A stretch of DNA of 64,000 bases from Fimicolochytrium jonesii. Lineage: Eukaryota. The notes beneath the pieces were generated by a model. The model had not been told where the DNA came from. It saw nothing but the letters and a program-made list of their open reading frames with translations, and ran no database searches. Location: contig NW_026515671.1 in NCBI RefSeq assembly GCF_025526975.1, positions 1,240,001 to 1,304,000 on the forward strand. Reading direction: 5' to 3'. Position numbers and translations under genes: made by a program. Below are positions 60,501 to 64,000 of this stretch, piece by piece (positions within the stretch are counted from its first letter, which is position 1; each line of letters opens with the position of its first letter).

Positions 60501-61778
60501 TGCCAGGTTGAACAATTTTGTTGAGTTAGGCGTATGAATAGGGTGTCACACAATCAACAACCGAATTGCACCGCTGACCACCCTTAGTTGTGCGTGCGTA
60601 GCTCGTAGGACATCTATTACGAAGTGAATGTATCCGATCTTTGCATATAACGCATATGTAGGAGCAAACCACTGCGTGTGGAATACACTGCGGGATGATA
60701 AATGTATGGTAGTGGCCCAATTTCGTAAGACCAGATATCTGATAGCGATGTTCCCATGCAACCTGTGGAAGGCCCTATGCGTTGATGTACGCCGGATGCT
60801 CCATTCGCAATGACGGCCCATTCCGCGTGTCGCATTCATCTACAGCGTATCTGTCCCACCGTCTCAAAGTGTCTACAACTGTTTAGCAAAAGGGAGATAT
60901 AGGGAGCGGACACAGCGGGCTGACCGGAGCAGTGCTGCCCCGTCCATCCCGGCCCGGAAACGACACCCGCACCTCGATCTCCAAAAGCAGACAATCGGGG
61001 GGGTCTCACAGCTATACACAAAGCCATGCGAGTAGCTGTAAGTTCCCTGCCACCCTGGGGACCTGGAGCTCTCCATTGAGCGATTGGGCTGCGACGCGTT
61101 CTCACAAATGGACTGTGCACCGCTCCCCCAGCGGCTGAGCTCGTAGGAGGCCACAAGCGACAGACACAGCTTCCCAAACGTTGAGTATGGACCGGTAGGG
61201 TGTAGCCCCATCCGCCAGCGAGACATTGTGGCAAAATGGGTGTAGGCGTCATCATCCAAGTTCCCAGGAGCGTTCCCCTCGCCCGCACACGTGTAATTGC
61301 GCAATACACCAAGTACCGTCTGGCCGCCCGTCCCAGTGCCGTATGTACCCTCGGTGCGAAGACGCCCGCGGGCGAGATATCTACGGCGACGGTGTAGACA
61401 GCCTGGGACGGCATTTCGTATGCGTCCACTTCGCACGCATGTCTCATACTCGGATGCTGCGACCGTGGAGGACCGCCCGCGTGCGCGCGACTGCATCGGA
61501 TTACAGCTGCATTCAAAAATCATACCATCCCGATGGTCCAGATCAACGATCTCGTACGATGCGTCGGTGGTAGTCCACTGCCGTCCGGAATGCAGGAAGC
61601 GCCAGCGACGTCCCTGTCGTGTCGTATGCGCGCTGTCGATTTCTGCTTACGTGACGTCTAACTTCGCAACCCAATTTCAAGCTTCCGTCAAAACCAGGGA
61701 CACAAAGCAAGCAAATCACCCTCCTGGACCTGGAACTCTTACAACTTTGTAACTCATTGCATATCCAAGAACATCGAA

Positions 61779-62989
61779 ATGCCGCTACCCACGACGCTGA
61801 CGGTGGTCCCGTTCACCCCCGCATCTACGGCGACGAGCTCGTCGACCGTCTTCACCGAGAAGATTATTGTCACCGGCGATATCTCGCACTCGAGCTTCCA
61901 TAGGGCCAAGGAGGTTGCACAGGTATGCACTCGATATTGACAAGAGAACAGTCGAACAACTGTTTTCCTAAATTTGTCCGTAAAACATCCAGGCAGCAGC
62001 CAAGCTCCCCAACATAACCACCGAATTCCACGCCCTCCCGCAAACCGCCTACACCCTCCGCCGCCACGCCCTCCAATCGTCCTACTCGAACCTCCACGCC
62101 TCTTTATTCCCACACACGCTAATCGAGCTACACAGCACAACAACAACCACCCACAAACTCGTCAACCGCACCCGGAAAACGGAAGCCAAAACGACCAAGA
62201 AGCTGCTCAACGTCGCGGACCTGGTCACGTACGCCGAGGGGAAGAACGTCGCTATGCCTAAAGCCACGGGGGATGACGTAGCAACGAAGGAGCACACGCG
62301 GTTCTTGAAGAGCTTGGGCAACCCCGTGGTGAAGATTGGGTTTGAAGCTGAGAATGCCGACGGGAATGGGGAATTCGAGCCGCTGGGGAGGGATGTATTG
62401 ATCGAGCTGTTTGCGGAGACGTGTCCGAAGACTACGAGGCATTTTCTGCAGTACGTGGATGGCGGGCAGGGGGGGATGAGTTATTTGGGGAGCGGGGTCT
62501 CGAGGGTCGTTAAGGGGGGATGGATTGAGTGTGGAGGTGAGTGGGGGGTTGGAGATGTTGCAGGAAATTCCACATGCATGGTTCAGATCATTCTGCTTCT
62601 GGTAGAAATCCGCGGTCCAGATGGCCAACTTCGCACGGGAAATGTCTTGGAAGGTCAGTTGGACCCCCACCTACGCTCGCTAAACACATGAGAGAAGACC
62701 TAACTAACCCCTCCCACCCCACCCCCGAACACCAGATGAAAACTTCATCCACCCGCACGACCCCTACACCCTCCACCTCATCCCCTCCTCATCCGGCCCG
62801 CACACATCCACCACACCATTCATGATCACCACGGCCGCGATGCCCTGCTTCGACAAGCGATATGTGGCGTTCGGGCGCGTCCTGGAGGGGCTGGAGACGT
62901 TGCTGGCGATCAACGGGATTGAGTGTATTCATGAGCGGCCGACGAGGGGGATTAGGATTAGGGACATTGAGCAGTGGAAGGAGGAGTAG
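61779..62989 (+). CDS. PPIL6: Cyclophilin-like protein, PPIL6/radial-spoke RSP12-type, probably catalytically degenerate
   Basis: IELFAETCPKT..F; SYLGS..SRVVKGGWIECG; DENF.H.HD; FMIT...FDKRYVAFGRVLEG; HERP. N-terminal extension with SFHRAKEVA. Confidence 0.75.
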
Positions 62990-63454
62990 GTGATCATAGC
63001 AGGGTAGAGTAGGGTTGGGGGGTTTGACAGGTGCGACCGTTTATGCGAAGTATGATAGGAAGTCTTGGTAGAATAGGAGGTCGCTTTTGCAGAACATCGC
63101 ACTGTGGGTCGGTGTGACCTTGATGAATGCATGCGGGCCTGTGCGAGACTCGGTTCCCAGCCCAAAAGCAAGCCCCGCTCCGTGACGTCGTCAACGCGTA
63201 TCGATATGGGGGAATGCCATGCGATCGACGATCCACCTCCCAGACGGGCTGCAACCACAACGTTTTGCCGCATCGCAGGAAACCACGCAAGAGCAGAGTC
63301 AACGAGATTTCTCAGGAGGTATATAATAAGAACGCATATAGCTAGCCGTGCCCCTTCTCTTTCTACCGTAAAAGCATCACATTCCAGATCACTTAGTTTT
63401 TGGCGATACAGCTTTAGTATCCCGCGCCTTCCATCTTCCGCCGTCGAAAGGTCA

Positions 63455-64000
63455 ATGCCTTCTGGCCTCCTCCTTCCAACGCCGTACACCCTACCTCTCT
63501 CCCGGCTCGCTCTTCGCACCCGTATCTCTCTCCCAAGAGTCCCCACCACCCACTTCCAAAGCCTCTCAACCACCCCCATCACCAAGATGCCCGCCCCCAT
63601 CATCACCGCCAACGACCTCGAGAATGGCCAAATGAAGTCAGTCGACGTTGGTGGCGACCAGAAAGTGCTGATCGCTAAAGTGCAGGGCAAAGTGTATGCC
63701 ACGACGAACAAGTGTACGCACTTTGGCGCGCCGTTGGAGAAGGGCGTGCTTACAGCCGATGGGCGCTTGACTTGGTAAGACATTCATACGAAAGTCAAAC
63801 ACCCAGACGAAAGGGAGGCGGATAATTGACGGCATGATATGTTATTCAGTCCATGGCACGGCGCCTGCTTCAATGTGAAAACCGGCGACATCGAAGACGC
63901 CCCAGGCATGGCCTGCCTCAAAACCTTCCCGGTGGCCATCTCCGGCGACAAGATCCACATCGAAGTCACCCCCGAAGCCGCCAAGCAAACCGTGCCTATC
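63455..64000 (+). CDS. Rieske-domain apoptosis-inducing-factor-like flavoprotein (AIFM3/AIFL-type), 3' end outside the window
   Basis: Rieske ligands KCTHFGAPL..G.L..DGRLTC|PWHGACFNVKTGDIEDAP across intron ~63775-63849. The flavoprotein domain itself is not visible in the window. Confidence 0.85.

Noticed and set aside
62929..63783. 284-aa minus-strand ORF
   Set aside because: Antisense to the Rieske exon and the PPIL6 3' end, with no domain features.
1..64000. tRNA, rRNA, spliceosomal snRNA genes and CRISPR arrays
   Set aside because: No diagnostic motifs or regularly spaced repeats were seen by eye. tRNAscan-SE or Infernal would be needed to exclude them formally.

Overview
This is eukaryotic nuclear DNA, gene-dense with many short GT-AG introns. 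It most likely comes from a zoosporic (chytrid-type) fungus, because fungal housekeeping genes sit beside the flagellar genes IFT20 and PPIL6. About 25 genes can be called, including IWR1, a nucleoside hydrolase, RPN10, RSE1/SF3B3, IFT20, MED31, SGD1/NOM1, C2CD5, an AA9 LPMO, SBA1/p23 and an AIF-like Rieske protein, plus several pseudogenes. Four things stand out. (1) An ~7-kb accessory island (~48.8-55.6 kb) looks like a decaying endogenous DNA virus. It carries a tail-fibre-like relic, a bacterial-type N4C/N6A DNA methyltransferase with a frameshift, a frameshifted Ariadne-like RING/IBR gene and several intact orphan genes. (2) A spliced coiled-coil gene (9498-12082) encodes a CC1-box (AAEYG) and a Spindly-like motif, the layout of a BICD/Spindly-type dynein activating adaptor. 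(3) An unexplained ~560-nt intergenic element (26691-27253) is highly self-complementary. (4) A two-repeat membrane protein resembles the membrane anchors of class III nucleotide cyclases but has no catalytic domain. Gene models were assembled by eye, so exon boundaries are approximate, and family calls rest on motif recognition rather than database searches.
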